The translations under genes and the position numbers were made by a program. Under the pieces are notes generated by a model. The model worked only from the letters and a program-made list of their open reading frames with translations, made no database searches and was not told the origin of the DNA. A stretch of 64,000 bases of DNA, from assembly GCA_965205855.1 (NCBI GenBank), contig OZ242184.1, positions 288,001 through 352,000 on the forward strand. Reading direction: 5' to 3'. The stretch comes from Thermodesulfobacteriota bacterium. Its GTDB lineage: Bacteria > Desulfobacterota_D > UBA1144 > Nemesobacterales > Mycalebacteriaceae. Shown one piece after another: positions 29,285 to 38,293 of this stretch. Every line of letters starts with the position of its first letter. Position 1 is the stretch's first letter.

Positions 29285-29341
29285 TTCTAACAAATCATTC
29301 CAGCCGACCGCTAACGCGGCGGCTGAATTCAAGCGTTATGT
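29285..29341 (+). other. attC11
   Basis: GAGTTCTAAC complements GTTAGAACTC; TTCCAGCCG...CGGCTGAA arms; GTTATGT. Confidence 0.93.
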
Positions 29342-29369
29342 ATATAAATAAAAACAGAGGCCTTAAACA

Positions 29370-30299
29370 ATGACACTACAATCTGGAAAAAATAGAGTCA
29401 CGTTTCAAAGTGGAGGAAGTACTCTTATTGGGAATTTATACTGCCCCAGCGACTGGGATGCATCAAAGAAATACCCCGCTTTAGTTGTTTCAGGTCCACT
29501 GGGGACAGTAAAAGAGCAAGTATCTGGCAGGTTTTCTCAAAAGCTTGCCGAGCACGGTTTTGTTGCGCTGGCTTTCGACTTCCGAACTCAGGGGGAAAGT
29601 GAGGGGGAGCCAAAGAACTATGACAATCCATTTAATAAGGGCGAAGACATTCAGAATGCCATTAGTTATCTAGGTACTTTAGGTTTAACCGATAATTTTG
29701 GAGTTCTTGGTATATGCGCGGGAGCTACTTACTCAGTACACGGCATAGTCAGTGATTTACGTGTAAAAGCTTTTGCAACCCTGGTTGCTCATTTTTCATT
29801 ACGCGAATTTACAGGCTACAACCCGTTAGTGACGGCTGAAATTAGAACGATGTTGCTGAATCAATCTAACGAGGCCAGGCAGAAATTTTATGAAACAGGA
29901 ATTTCTGAACCTACGAATATAATCTATCCAGACATCTCATCCAAAGAAGAATTGCCCTTTCCTGGCGGGGATGCTGAAGACATATATGACTACTACTATC
30001 AACGAGGTGAGAACACCTGTCCGGGCTTTAGCAAAAAAATGGCTGCAATGTCTTACGAAGCACATATCAAATCAGATGCGCTCAGCCATGCAAAAGATAT
30101 TTCAGTTCCATATATGGGCATCGTAGGCAGTGAGGCATTCTCAAGGCCCTACACAGAACGCTTTATGAATGAAATTCTACACGACAACAAGGAGATAAAA
30201 GTTATTGAGGATGCCAGGCATGTACAAGCATATGATTGTGAGGAATATATTGATAATGCTTTGGAGTACTTGTCGAGTTTCTTTAACCGATATTTGTGA
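29370..30299 (+). CDS. Cassette 12: alpha/beta hydrolase with Cys nucleophile elbow
   Basis: VKEQ, AFDFRTQGESEGEP, GICAG, C-terminal ARH. Confidence 0.85.
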   Translation: MTLQSGKNRVTFQSGGSTLIGNLYCPSDWDASKKYPALVVSGPLGTVKEQVSGRFSQKLAEHGFVALAFDFRTQGESEGEPKNYDNPFNKGEDIQNAISYLGTLGLTDNFGVLGICAGATYSVHGIVSDLRVKAFATLVAHFSLREFTGYNPLVTAEIRTMLLNQSNEARQKFYETGISEPTNIIYPDISSKEELPFPGGDAEDIYDYYYQRGENTCPGFSKKMAAMSYEAHIKSDALSHAKDISVPYMGIVGSEAFSRPYTERFMNEILHDNKEIKVIEDARHVQAYDCEEYIDNALEYLSSFFNRYL

Positions 30300-30306
30300 A
30301 GCATAT

Positions 30307-30379
30307 ACATAACAAGCGTATGCAGTCGGACTGTTAAACCGCTGCGCGCTTCGTCAGCCGCTGATGCGTGGCGTTAGAC
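30307..30379 (+). other. attC12
   Basis: ATATACATAAC complements GTTATGTATAT over 11 bp; ends GTTAGAC. Confidence 0.93.
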
Positions 30380-30401
30380 ATCTATAGGAATCATCCAGAA
30401 T

Positions 30402-30827
30402 ATGAACTTCGACACAACTCAAGCTGATATAGAATTCAAAAATCAAATGGAATCGTGCGATTTCCCGGCATCGGATTTCAATCACCGCGCACATTTGCGC
30501 CTCGCGTATACTTACCTGGCCAATAATAATACCGAAAGATCATCAGAATTAATGCGAGATACGTTAAAGCGCTTTCTTATTCACAATGGTGTCGATCCTT
30601 CAAAGTTTCACGCAACTCTAACGAAAGCATGGATACTGGCAGTGCATCATTTTATGAATAGTACTGGAGATTCTAAATCAGCAGACGAGTTTATCGATAG
30701 GAATCCCGAAATGCTCAATACAAAGATAATGATGACTCACTATTCTGCTGAAGTATTATTTTCTGATGAGGCAAGGGTTGCATTTGTACAACCTAACCTT
30801 GACCCAATACTCAGGCATAGAGAATAG
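30402..30827 (+). CDS. Cassette 13: conserved hypothetical protein
   Basis: ORF fills the cassette; FNHRAHLRLAY, KFHATLT, HYS..LFSDEAR..FVQPNL motifs. Confidence 0.75.
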   Translation: MNFDTTQADIEFKNQMESCDFPASDFNHRAHLRLAYTYLANNNTERSSELMRDTLKRFLIHNGVDPSKFHATLTKAWILAVHHFMNSTGDSKSADEFIDRNPEMLNTKIMMTHYSAEVLFSDEARVAFVQPNLDPILRHRE

Positions 30828-30829
30828 AT

Positions 30830-30902
30830 GCCTAACAAGCGCATGCAGTCGGACTGCCAAACCGTTGCGCGCTTTGTCAGCCGGTGATGCGTGGCGTTAT
30901 GA
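30830..30902 (+). other. attC13
   Basis: GCCTAAC...GTTATGA; near-copy of attC12. Confidence 0.92.
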
Positions 30903-30909
30903 GTACAAG

Positions 30910-31237
30910 ATGAAAAAAATTGTCGCAATGATAATATTTCTGACATCCAGATATGTTTCTGCAAATGACATTTGCACTGCTGTAGCTGGTGCTAGTGTCA
31001 TCGCAAATAATGGTAAGTATCTTGGTGAAATTGGAAGTGAATATGAACTCTGAATCGATATTTAATGAATATGGCACATATGGGAGTGAATATAGTTCCG
31101 ACAGCATTTGGAATGAATACGGTCCGTATGGAGGAGAATACTCATCCAATTCACCATTCAACTCTTATATATCAGCCCCACCGGTGTTGGTGAAAAATGG
31201 TAGGGCAATTGCGTATCTTAGAGTTAATAAATTCTTA
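30910..31237 (+). pseudogene. Cassette 14: secreted protein with SIxNEYGxYGxEYS repeats, frameshifted and 3'-truncated
   Basis: Signal-like N-terminus; +1 frameshift at ~31045 joins to SESIFNEYGTYGSEYSSDSIWNEYGPYGGEYSSNSPFN; runs into a half attC. Confidence 0.75.
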
Positions 31238-31257
31238 GCTGAATTTAGACGTTATGT
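31238..31257 (+). other. attC14 remnant, right arm only
   Basis: GCTGAATTTAGAC-GTTATGT resembles the right arms of attC3 and attC11; expected R'' TCATAAC is absent. Confidence 0.75.
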
Positions 31258-31293
31258 GCTAATTTTATGCAATAGACTTCTGAGGATGAAAAA

Positions 31294-31707
31294 ATGAGAG
31301 CATTAATTTGGTTAATACTGATGACTTTGTTTGTGCCGTTGGTTTCTGCTGAAGAGATCGAAACTGCTATTGTATCCAATACCTTAGCCAAGTCGACACA
31401 TAGCTGGGATGGAAGTCAGCTTCCGTCATATCCAGATGGTCAGCCAGAAGTGACGATATTAAAAATAACAATCCCGGCCGGGGTCAAGTTACCACTTCAT
31501 CAGCACCCGTTCATTAATGCAGGAGTATTAACAAAAGGTGAGTTGACGGTAGTCACTAAAACAGGTGAGAAACTGCTCATGTCGGCAGGCGACACCATTG
31601 TTGAAGTAGTAAATAAATGGCATTTTGGTGAGAACAGTGGAAGCGTACCAGCAGAAATTATAGTGTTTTATTCTGGTATCAAAGGGCAACCAATTACAGT
31701 TAAATAG
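31294..31707 (+). CDS. Cassette 15: secreted cupin-domain protein
   Basis: SWDGSQLPSYP, LPLHQHP, GELTV, EVVNKWHFGEN. Confidence 0.88.
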   Translation: MRALIWLILMTLFVPLVSAEEIETAIVSNTLAKSTHSWDGSQLPSYPDGQPEVTILKITIPAGVKLPLHQHPFINAGVLTKGELTVVTKTGEKLLMSAGDTIVEVVNKWHFGENSGSVPAEIIVFYSGIKGQPITVK

Positions 31708-31712
31708 TTCGC

Positions 31713-31874
31713 ACATAACAAGCAATTCTAACGGCAGGCGACAATGGATATTGTCTTTGTGAGACTACGACGCTTCGTGCTCCATCTAACAAAGACAATC
31801 AACGGGAATTTTTTAAATGCGCTTACAGGTAATCCTATGTTAAAAACTCCCGTTATAGTCGGCTACCGTTATAG
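31713..31874 (+). other. attC15, long and branched, right end degenerate
   Basis: GCACATAAC complements GTTATGTGC; outer arm CTAACGGCAGGCGAC/GTCGGCTACCGTTATAG encloses two hairpins. Confidence 0.65.
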
Positions 31875-31902
31875 TTCTCCAGTATCTTAGGTGCCAAGGA
31901 AT

Positions 31903-32255
31903 ATGAATATTTCAAGTAGTGAAAAAGTGAGCAATTTTCTTTCTGATGTACAAGCACTATCCACTGATCAGTTTGATATGTTGATTTCAATAAGAGATAT
32001 CTTCTTAAAGACTAACAAAGAATTAGTTGAAGGGGCTAAGTATGGTGGTTTGGTATTTAACATGTCAGATGCATTGATCGGAGGTATTTACACATACAAA
32101 GAACATATTTCAATTGAGTTCAGCAATGGGGCTGATTTTACTGATACTAATTCTATTTTGGAGGGTGGCGGTAAAAAAAGACGACACATAAAAGTATAGA
32201 CTGCCGATGATATTCTTAAAAGAATGTCGAATATTTTGTAAAACAAGCAATGAAA
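31903..32255 (+). pseudogene. Cassette 16: DUF1801/YdhG-like protein with premature stop and frameshift
   Basis: KYGG, HISIEFSNGA, LEGGGKKRRHIK; TAG at 32197 then a shifted continuation KNVEYFVKQA. Confidence 0.75.
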
Positions 32256-32275
32256 CGGTTAAAGGAAACTATCGA

Positions 32276-32372
32276 ATGGTAAAATTTGGATACAATAAAC
32301 TATGTCCATGATGTAGAGGTAGCTCTGTCATTCTTTGAAAAAACATTTGGGATGAAGCGACGCTTTATTTTT
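32276..32372 (+). pseudogene. Remnant 5' end of a VOC-family gene
   Basis: MVKFGY /frameshift/ YVHDVEVALSFFEKTFGMKRRFI. Confidence 0.6.
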
Positions 32373-32400
32373 GATGTTGCCATTGAGGTGAATTCTACTC

Positions 32401-32426
32401 CATTCACGTAAAAAAAAACGTGAATG
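32401..32426. terminator. Hairpin at the island/fluC boundary
   Basis: Perfect 9-bp inverted repeat CATTCACGT-A8-ACGTGAATG just past the restored fluC stop; no U-tract. Confidence 0.4.
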
Positions 32427-32429
32427 ACA

Positions 32430-32794
32430 TTAAAGACTTGACCCTGTTCTCATCCCTGCGAAACAGGCAATCAGACACAGTGCGACTGACAGGAATATGT
32501 TTAAAGCCGCCTTGCCCATCTGTCCGTTTTGTAAAAATACAGAGTCTCAAGTGAAAATGCGGAGAATGTCGTAAATCCGCCTAGCACACCGGTCATGAGG
32601 AAAAGCCGCATTGTGTTGCCGTCCGTGCGGTCTTGCAGATACGCATAGAGAATCCCGATCAGGAACGAGCCGATAATGTTGACGCTCATTGTCGCCCACG
32701 GGAAATTCAAGTTCGGAAACAGACGGAAAATTGTGTAACGAAAAGCCGAACCGATTGCGCCTCCGGTTATTACAAATATGTAGTTCCAGATCAT
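32430..32794 (-). pseudogene. crcB: Fluoride channel FluC/CrcB with a one-base frameshift (real or sequencing error)
   Basis: GGAIGSAFRY, FPWATMSVNIIGS, GVLGGFTTFSAF; one more base in the A5 run (32533-32537) restores the fourth helix AALNIFLSVALCLIACFAG. Confidence 0.85.
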
Positions 32795-32796
32795 TT

Positions 32797-33990
32797 TTAC
32801 TTTTTTCCGCGCGAAACTGTCTCCGCGCCGTTTGCCGATACGATTTTCAAATAAGGGTTGCCGGTGTCGGAGCGGGTTTTAATAAAAATTAAATCCGCGT
32901 CTTTTCCGGCTTCAATACTTCCGGTTTTGTCTTCAATAAAAAGAGATTTTGCCCCGCCGAGAGTGGAGATGTAAACTGCCTTTTGCGCGGCTTTTTCTTT
33001 TCCAAGCGGAAGCAGTAACTCGTTGAGCGCTTTTATTTCGTCAAAAAAATTCAAAGTCCGGTTGCTTGAAAGCCCGTCCGTTCCGAGACCCGTTCTTTCA
33101 AATTCCGCGTATTGCGTAACGGGTGCGGTTCCGGTGTTTAGAAATTTGTTGCTTCGCGGGCACAAAACAATTCCCATGTTCGAATCGCGTATAAGTTTTA
33201 TTTCATTTTTTTCCACATGCGCCATATGAACGGCGGTTGTTTTTGTTTTCCCGGAGTTTATTTTGTGAAAATAACTTAGCGGCGTCTTTGCGCGCGCGCG
33301 CGGCATCGGACACCTTCCGATTTCAAGATATATCTCTTTTTCAAATATATTTTCCTCTCCGCGCACAAAAGCCGTCTCTTCGGGACTTTCCGCCAGATGC
33401 GTTCCGGTGGGTGCGCCGGTCCGCGCCGATATTTCAAGAACCCTTTTTGTCAGTTCCGGAGAACAGGAATACGGGGCATGGGGAAAAAACCTTTCCTCAA
33501 ACCTTTTCCCGATTGCGCAAAGCGGGCTTAGATCCGCTTTTGTGTCGGTAATTTCACGGAAAAGAACCGTTCTGAGCGGAGAGTTTTTCAGTATTTTCGT
33601 GTCTTCGCCATAGGACGATATTTCACCGACCGTTGTTACGCCGCTTTTCAAAAGCGTTGCTACGCCGTCTTTTACGGAGTCTGCGATTTTTTCCGCAGTC
33701 GTGCCGGATTTTTTTGCGTCAACTACGTATTTGAGCCAGTCACCGAAATTTTTGAATTCATTTTCCGGTGCAAGCCATCCGAGCTCAAGATGCGTGTGAC
33801 AGTTCACAAATCCGGGCATGAGAATTCCACAGCCGAGGTCATGCACTGGCAGAGACGGAAAATGTTTTTTAATTTCTCCGGCTTTTCCCACCGCTTTGAT
33901 TATGCCGCCACAAACCGCGACTGCGCCGTTTTTCAGCGGCTCCGATGAAATCGGAAGAGCGACGGAGCAGACGATAATAAATCCGTTCAT
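32797..33990 (-). CDS. Metal-dependent amidohydrolase (aminodeoxyfutalosine/MTA-SAH deaminase-like)
   Basis: PGFVNCHTHLE, PHAPYS, HLAES, CPRSN, GTDGLSSN. Confidence 0.85.
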   Translation of the reverse strand: MNGFIIVCSVALPISSEPLKNGAVAVCGGIIKAVGKAGEIKKHFPSLPVHDLGCGILMPGFVNCHTHLELGWLAPENEFKNFGDWLKYVVDAKKSGTTAEKIADSVKDGVATLLKSGVTTVGEISSYGEDTKILKNSPLRTVLFREITDTKADLSPLCAIGKRFEERFFPHAPYSCSPELTKRVLEISARTGAPTGTHLAESPEETAFVRGEENIFEKEIYLEIGRCPMPRARAKTPLSYFHKINSGKTKTTAVHMAHVEKNEIKLIRDSNMGIVLCPRSNKFLNTGTAPVTQYAEFERTGLGTDGLSSNRTLNFFDEIKALNELLLPLGKEKAAQKAVYISTLGGAKSLFIEDKTGSIEAGKDADLIFIKTRSDTGNPYLKIVSANGAETVSRGKK

Positions 33991-34829
33991 CCCGTTTTCT
34001 GAAGCGCGTGGAGTTTTTTCACAAATTCGCCGCTCAATGTTCCGGCCGCCACTTCTTCTGCGGGACCGCTCATGCGGATGTCAAAATTTTTCGAGACCTC
34101 TATCTCAAGTTCGCCTCCGGGCATCGTGACCGTAACGGGGCTTTCGCATAGCCCGTTTTTCACCGCCGCCGCCGCCGCCGCGCATGAGCTTGAGCCAGAC
34201 GCGAGCGTGTATCCGGCGCCGCGCTCCCAGATGAAAATTTCAAGACGGTTTTTCGCCGCTGCGCGTGCAAACTGAACATTTGTCCTGTTCGGGAAAAACC
34301 CGTGGTTTTCAATCGCCGGACCGAACAGTTTTGTTTCCCTCTCGCCGGGACTGCCCGTGAAAATAACGCAGTGCGGATTACCGACAGACACTGCGGTGAA
34401 GGAAAAAAGTTTTCCCTCAGCCTCTATTTCCTCAAAGAGGACATTTCTCGAAAAAACGGCGCGTCCCATCTCCACCGTCACGCTGCAAACTTTGCCGTTT
34501 TCTGTTTTAATTTCCGCGCGAACTTCGCCGCCCGGAGTTTCAACGGAAAAACCGTCAGATACCGTATGTTCGTGCTCGCGGAGGAATTTGGCGAATATGC
34601 GTAAACCGTTGCCGCTTTTTTCCGCCTCGCTACCGTCCGGGTTGAATATCCTCAGACCGAAATCGGATTTTTGCGGTTTCGTAAGAAGCAGAATACCGTC
34701 CGAGCCGACCCCGTAATTGCGGTCGCATATAAGTTTGATCGCCTCCGGGGTGAGTTTGAATGAGAGGGAGTTTTCTTCAAGGGTTATGTAGTCATTGCCA
34801 AGTCCGTGAGATTTGACAAAAAAATCCAT
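33987..34829 (-). CDS. dapF: Diaminopimelate epimerase-like protein (Ser/Ser active site)
   Basis: KSHGLGNDY, GVGSDG, NPDGSEAEKSGNG, VGNPHCV, WERGAGYTLASGS. Confidence 0.85.
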   Translation of the reverse strand: MDFFVKSHGLGNDYITLEENSLSFKLTPEAIKLICDRNYGVGSDGILLLTKPQKSDFGLRIFNPDGSEAEKSGNGLRIFAKFLREHEHTVSDGFSVETPGGEVRAEIKTENGKVCSVTVEMGRAVFSRNVLFEEIEAEGKLFSFTAVSVGNPHCVIFTGSPGERETKLFGPAIENHGFFPNRTNVQFARAAAKNRLEIFIWERGAGYTLASGSSSCAAAAAAVKNGLCESPVTVTMPGGELEIEVSKNFDIRMSGPAEEVAAGTLSGEFVKKLHALQKTG

Positions 34830-34882
34830 CCGCTGCCCGCCTTGTTTTCTCAAATTACCGGTCGTTTCCTGCTTGCGGAACG

Positions 34883-35104
34883 TCAGTCTTTCATGTTTTC
34901 CAGAATAAAGGTTATGATTACATGAGCCCTATATTCGGCTATTTTCCCGTCTTCAATGTGGGCGTTCATTTTTGTAACCTCTATTCCCGTGAGTCCCCTA
35001 ATTGTTTTGTTCGCCCTTTCAAGAGCGTTGCGAACGGCATCGTCCCATGATATTTCGGACGAACCTATAACCTCTGATTTCCTTGCTACCTTTGGTGCGT
35101 TCAT
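34883..35104 (-). CDS. Dodecin-family protein
   Basis: EVIGSSEISWDDAVRNALERANKTIRG...DGKIAEYR; AAGGAGG RBS before ATG 35104. Confidence 0.88.
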   Translation of the reverse strand: MNAPKVARKSEVIGSSEISWDDAVRNALERANKTIRGLTGIEVTKMNAHIEDGKIAEYRAHVIITFILENMKD

Positions 35105-35279
35105 TTTGTTCTCCTCCTTGTTGTTGGAATGAAATAAATAATAATCAAAAAACGGTTTTTTTTCAAATTGAAGCCGCGACGAGACGCGCAAGCCGGAGGG
35201 TTTTTTCATTTGACAAAATTAGATACATAAATAGATTATAAAAACTCTCAAAAACGACAGGTGAGGAGGAATAATATTT

Positions 35280-36041
35280 ATGTTGGAAAAAATGCACGAC
35301 CTCAAGGGTCAGGTTGCCGTTGTAACGGGTGGCTCGCGTGGAATAGGGAAGGCGATTTCTCTTGCCCTCGCGGAGTCCGGAGCGGACATACTTCTTAATT
35401 ATGCAAGAAGCGACAAAGCCGCGCATGATGTGCAGAGAGAGATTGAATCTCTTGGAAGAAAATGCGTAACCGTGAGAGCGGATGTCGGGAATTTCACTCA
35501 GGCGCAGAATATCGGAAAAGCCGCCGTCAACCATTTCGGCAAGGTTAATATTCTTGTTAACAACGCCGGAGTCAACCGTGACAGGATGCTCAAAAGGATG
35601 ACTCTTGAGCAGTGGAACGAGGTTATACAGACAAACCTTTCAAGCGTTTTTAACTGCACAAAAGCGGTGCTTGACCCCATGCTTGAGAATGAAAACGGCG
35701 GGTCGATTGTTTCTATCTCATCAATCATAGGGGAAATGGGAAACATAGGGCAGGCAAACTACGCTTCAACAAAAGCCGGTATAACCGGCTTTACAAAAAG
35801 CATGGCGCGCGAGCTTTCCAGAAACAGGGTCAGAGTCAACGCCGTGGCTCCGGGCTTTGTTGAAACTGATATGCTCATGAGCGTTCCAGAAGATATAAGG
35901 AAGACAATTCTCAAGGACATACCGCTTGGCAGATTCGGCTCCGCCGAGGATGTGGCTCTCGCGGTTGTTTATCTGTGCTCCTCGGCCGGAAGCTGGATTA
36001 CCGGCACAACCCTGAGAATCAACGGCGGACACTACATCTGA
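35280..36041 (+). CDS. fabG: SDR: 3-oxoacyl-ACP/acetoacetyl-CoA reductase (FabG/PhaB-like)
   Basis: TGGSRGIG, NNAG, GQANYASTK, VAPGFVETDM. Confidence 0.8.
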   Translation: MLEKMHDLKGQVAVVTGGSRGIGKAISLALAESGADILLNYARSDKAAHDVQREIESLGRKCVTVRADVGNFTQAQNIGKAAVNHFGKVNILVNNAGVNRDRMLKRMTLEQWNEVIQTNLSSVFNCTKAVLDPMLENENGGSIVSISSIIGEMGNIGQANYASTKAGITGFTKSMARELSRNRVRVNAVAPGFVETDMLMSVPEDIRKTILKDIPLGRFGSAEDVALAVVYLCSSAGSWITGTTLRINGGHYI

Positions 36042-36142
36042 TAGCAGAGACGGTTTTCCACCGGCGGTTGCGTTTCCGAAAAAAAAGCGGGGTTGTTGCC
36101 CGCTTGCGGTCGCCATTCGGGTTTTTTACTTGAAAATTAGGG

Positions 36143-36943
36143 TTAGCCCCCGATCAGGTGGTAACTCGCGCCAAACACCGCCACAATCGCGATGAAGCCC
36201 GCGATGGCGCCGAAGGAGGATTTTCTTCCCTTCCACCCGTAGGCGAATCTGCAGTTTATAAGAACGGCATATATAAGCCATGTCGCCACCGAAAGCGTCT
36301 CTTTGACTCCCCAGACCCAGTTGTTGCCCCATAGCTGGCTTGCCGAGACAAATCCCAGCGCGAGCCCCAGTGTTGCGAACGGAAAACCGTAGAGCAGACT
36401 TTTGTGCTGAATTCTGTCCAGAGCCGTTATCGGCAGAAAATCCTCGCCGCCTTCTCTGAGTGTTCCCTTTTTTATGCGCGGTTCCCTGAACAGATATAGA
36501 ACTGCGGTTACGAAAGCGACAAAGAAAAACGCCTGCCCCAGAAGAACAAGCGCTATGTGGGTTTGAATAAGCGGCTCCGCGACAACCGGGCTGCTTTCTC
36601 CAGAGCCCGCAAACGGGATTACGGACGGAACGGTTGCGGTGAAAGCGAGCGTGAAAACAAACGTCCCCAGCGCGGATTTGCCCGTTTTTGATTCCAGAGA
36701 CAGAAGCGCTATCACGGCAAACCATGAGAACAGAAAAAGCGATTTCACAAGCCCACCGACAAGCGGCTCGTCGGTGAAAAACAGAAGGGCAATTTTCGCC
36801 GTATGTGCGGCAAAGCCCGCCACCCCGAACACCAAACCCACGCGCCGCGCGCGCGGCGGGCCTCCTGCGACAAGCAGGATGAAAAACACCGATGAGATAA
36901 AATAGGAAGAGGAGACGAGGATGTTCAGTATCGAGTTATCCAT
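36143..36943 (-). CDS. ccsA: Cytochrome c biogenesis protein, CcsA family
   Basis: Multiple TM helices, conserved His, WGNNWVWGVKE (WWD-like), GWKGRK. Confidence 0.8.
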   Translation of the reverse strand: MDNSILNILVSSSYFISSVFFILLVAGGPPRARRVGLVFGVAGFAAHTAKIALLFFTDEPLVGGLVKSLFLFSWFAVIALLSLESKTGKSALGTFVFTLAFTATVPSVIPFAGSGESSPVVAEPLIQTHIALVLLGQAFFFVAFVTAVLYLFREPRIKKGTLREGGEDFLPITALDRIQHKSLLYGFPFATLGLALGFVSASQLWGNNWVWGVKETLSVATWLIYAVLINCRFAYGWKGRKSSFGAIAGFIAIVAVFGASYHLIGG

Positions 36944-38009
36944 TTGAGTTTTCCCGTGTTTGATCGGATTTCGCCGTGCTTACAAGCGCGTCAACAAGCT
37001 TCTGGATGCCGCCGTTCATTACCGTCTCTATGTTTGACAGTGTAAGACCCGTTCTGTGGTCTGTTACGCGCGACTGTGGAAAATTGTAGGTTCTTATTTT
37101 TTCGCTCCGCTCGCCGCTTCCGAGTTGCTTTTTTCTCTCTCCAGCCCGCTCGCTTGTTTGCCTATTTCTTTCTTCCTCATATAGCTTTGCCCTGAGCATC
37201 CTCATGCTTTGCGTGCGGTTTTTATGCTGCGACCTTTCACTCTGGCACTGTACCACTATTCCGGTCGGAATGTGCGTTATGCGCACTGCGGAATCGGTTT
37301 TATTCACATGTTGCCCTCCCGGTCCGGATGCTTTGTAGGTGTCAACCTTTATGTCTTTTTCATCCACTTCCACGTCCACTTCCTCGGGTTCTGCAAGAAC
37401 GGCCACAGTTGCCGTTGAGGTGTGGATTCTTCCCCCCGTTTCGGTTGTGGGAACCCTTTGAACCCTGTGGACTCCGCTTTCGTGTTTAAGGCTTTCAAAA
37501 ACGTTTTTTCCCTCAATCGTGGTAATCGCTTCCCTGATTCCGCCGATTTCAGTTTCGCTGACCCCCATGAGGCTCATCTTCCATCCGCGCTCCTCGCAGT
37601 ATCTGGAATACATTCTCAGAAGGTTGGATGCGAAAAGAGTCGCTTCTTCGCCTCCCGCTCCGGGGCGTATCTCAAGTATGACGTTTTTCCCGTCGTTGGG
37701 GTCTTTTATGACAAGCATTTCCCCTATCCTGTCTTCCCATTCGTCGCTTTTCTTTTTCAGGGCTTCTATTTCGGCGCGCGCGAGTTCGGACAGTTCCGGA
37801 TCTTTCAAAATCGGGGTGTTTTCCTCAATCCGCGCGAGCAATTCTTTGTAATGTCTGTATGCGGAAACGGTTTCTGATATTTCGGCGATTTCCCTTGAAA
37901 GGCTCACTATCTCGCCGGGCGTTATCCCGGGCTCTCCGAGCCGTTTTTCCTTTTCCATGTATCCGGCTTCAAATTCTTCAAGGGTTTTGAGGGTTTTGGG
38001 ATTGAGCAT
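36936..38009 (-). CDS. prfA: Peptide chain release factor 1
   Basis: ESGVHRVQRVPTTE (PxT), GPGGQHVNKTDSAVR, RSEKIRTYNFPQ. Confidence 0.96.
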   Translation of the reverse strand: MLNPKTLKTLEEFEAGYMEKEKRLGEPGITPGEIVSLSREIAEISETVSAYRHYKELLARIEENTPILKDPELSELARAEIEALKKKSDEWEDRIGEMLVIKDPNDGKNVILEIRPGAGGEEATLFASNLLRMYSRYCEERGWKMSLMGVSETEIGGIREAITTIEGKNVFESLKHESGVHRVQRVPTTETGGRIHTSTATVAVLAEPEEVDVEVDEKDIKVDTYKASGPGGQHVNKTDSAVRITHIPTGIVVQCQSERSQHKNRTQSMRMLRAKLYEEERNRQTSERAGERKKQLGSGERSEKIRTYNFPQSRVTDHRTGLTLSNIETVMNGGIQKLVDALVSTAKSDQTRENSNG

Positions 38010-38034
38010 TGTAACCGGATTAGGTTCCCACACC

Positions 38035-38063
38035 TTGAACAAATTTCAAGAAAGTATTACAAT
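38035..38063 (+). promoter_or_regulatory. Putative sigma70 promoter of the zapB-rny operon
   Basis: TTGAAC-17 bp-TACAAT, followed by GGAG RBS. Confidence 0.5.
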
Positions 38064-38080
38064 CTAATCGGAGTCAGATT

Positions 38081-38287
38081 ATGAATTCTGTCAAGAACCT
38101 TGAAAACAAGATACTTGAATGCACAAAGCACGCGGATGAATTTATAAACGACTATGAGAAAATTGTTTTGGAAGTCAGGGAGTTAAAAAAAACCATTGAA
38201 AGGCTTCAGGCGGAAAGAAAGGAGTTGAGACGCAGAATAGACGACGTGGTGGAAAGTGTGGAAAACCATGTTAATTCGCGTACGTAG
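38081..38287 (+). CDS. ZapB-like coiled-coil protein
   Basis: 68-aa heptad coiled coil directly upstream of zapA. Confidence 0.65.
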   Translation: MNSVKNLENKILECTKHADEFINDYEKIVLEVRELKKTIERLQAERKELRRRIDDVVESVENHVNSRT

Positions 38288-38293
38288 TAACCC

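Larger units (their letters stand above)
12803..32400. mobile_element. Integron-bearing genomic island between tyrS and fluC
   Basis: Abrupt shift to AT-richer sequence after the tyrS stop; gene fragments, intI and cassette array; host-like sequence resumes at fluC. Boundaries approximate; no terminal repeats identified. Confidence 0.75.

Noticed and set aside
16626-31874. Recurring palindromes as a CRISPR array or REP elements
   Set aside because: They are separated by whole genes, vary in sequence and carry RYYYAAC/GTTRRRY cores, so they are attC sites; no cas genes.
12803-32430. Prophage, IS or tRNA-anchored integrative element as the island vehicle
   Set aside because: No phage genes, transposase, tRNA or flanking direct repeats could be identified by eye.
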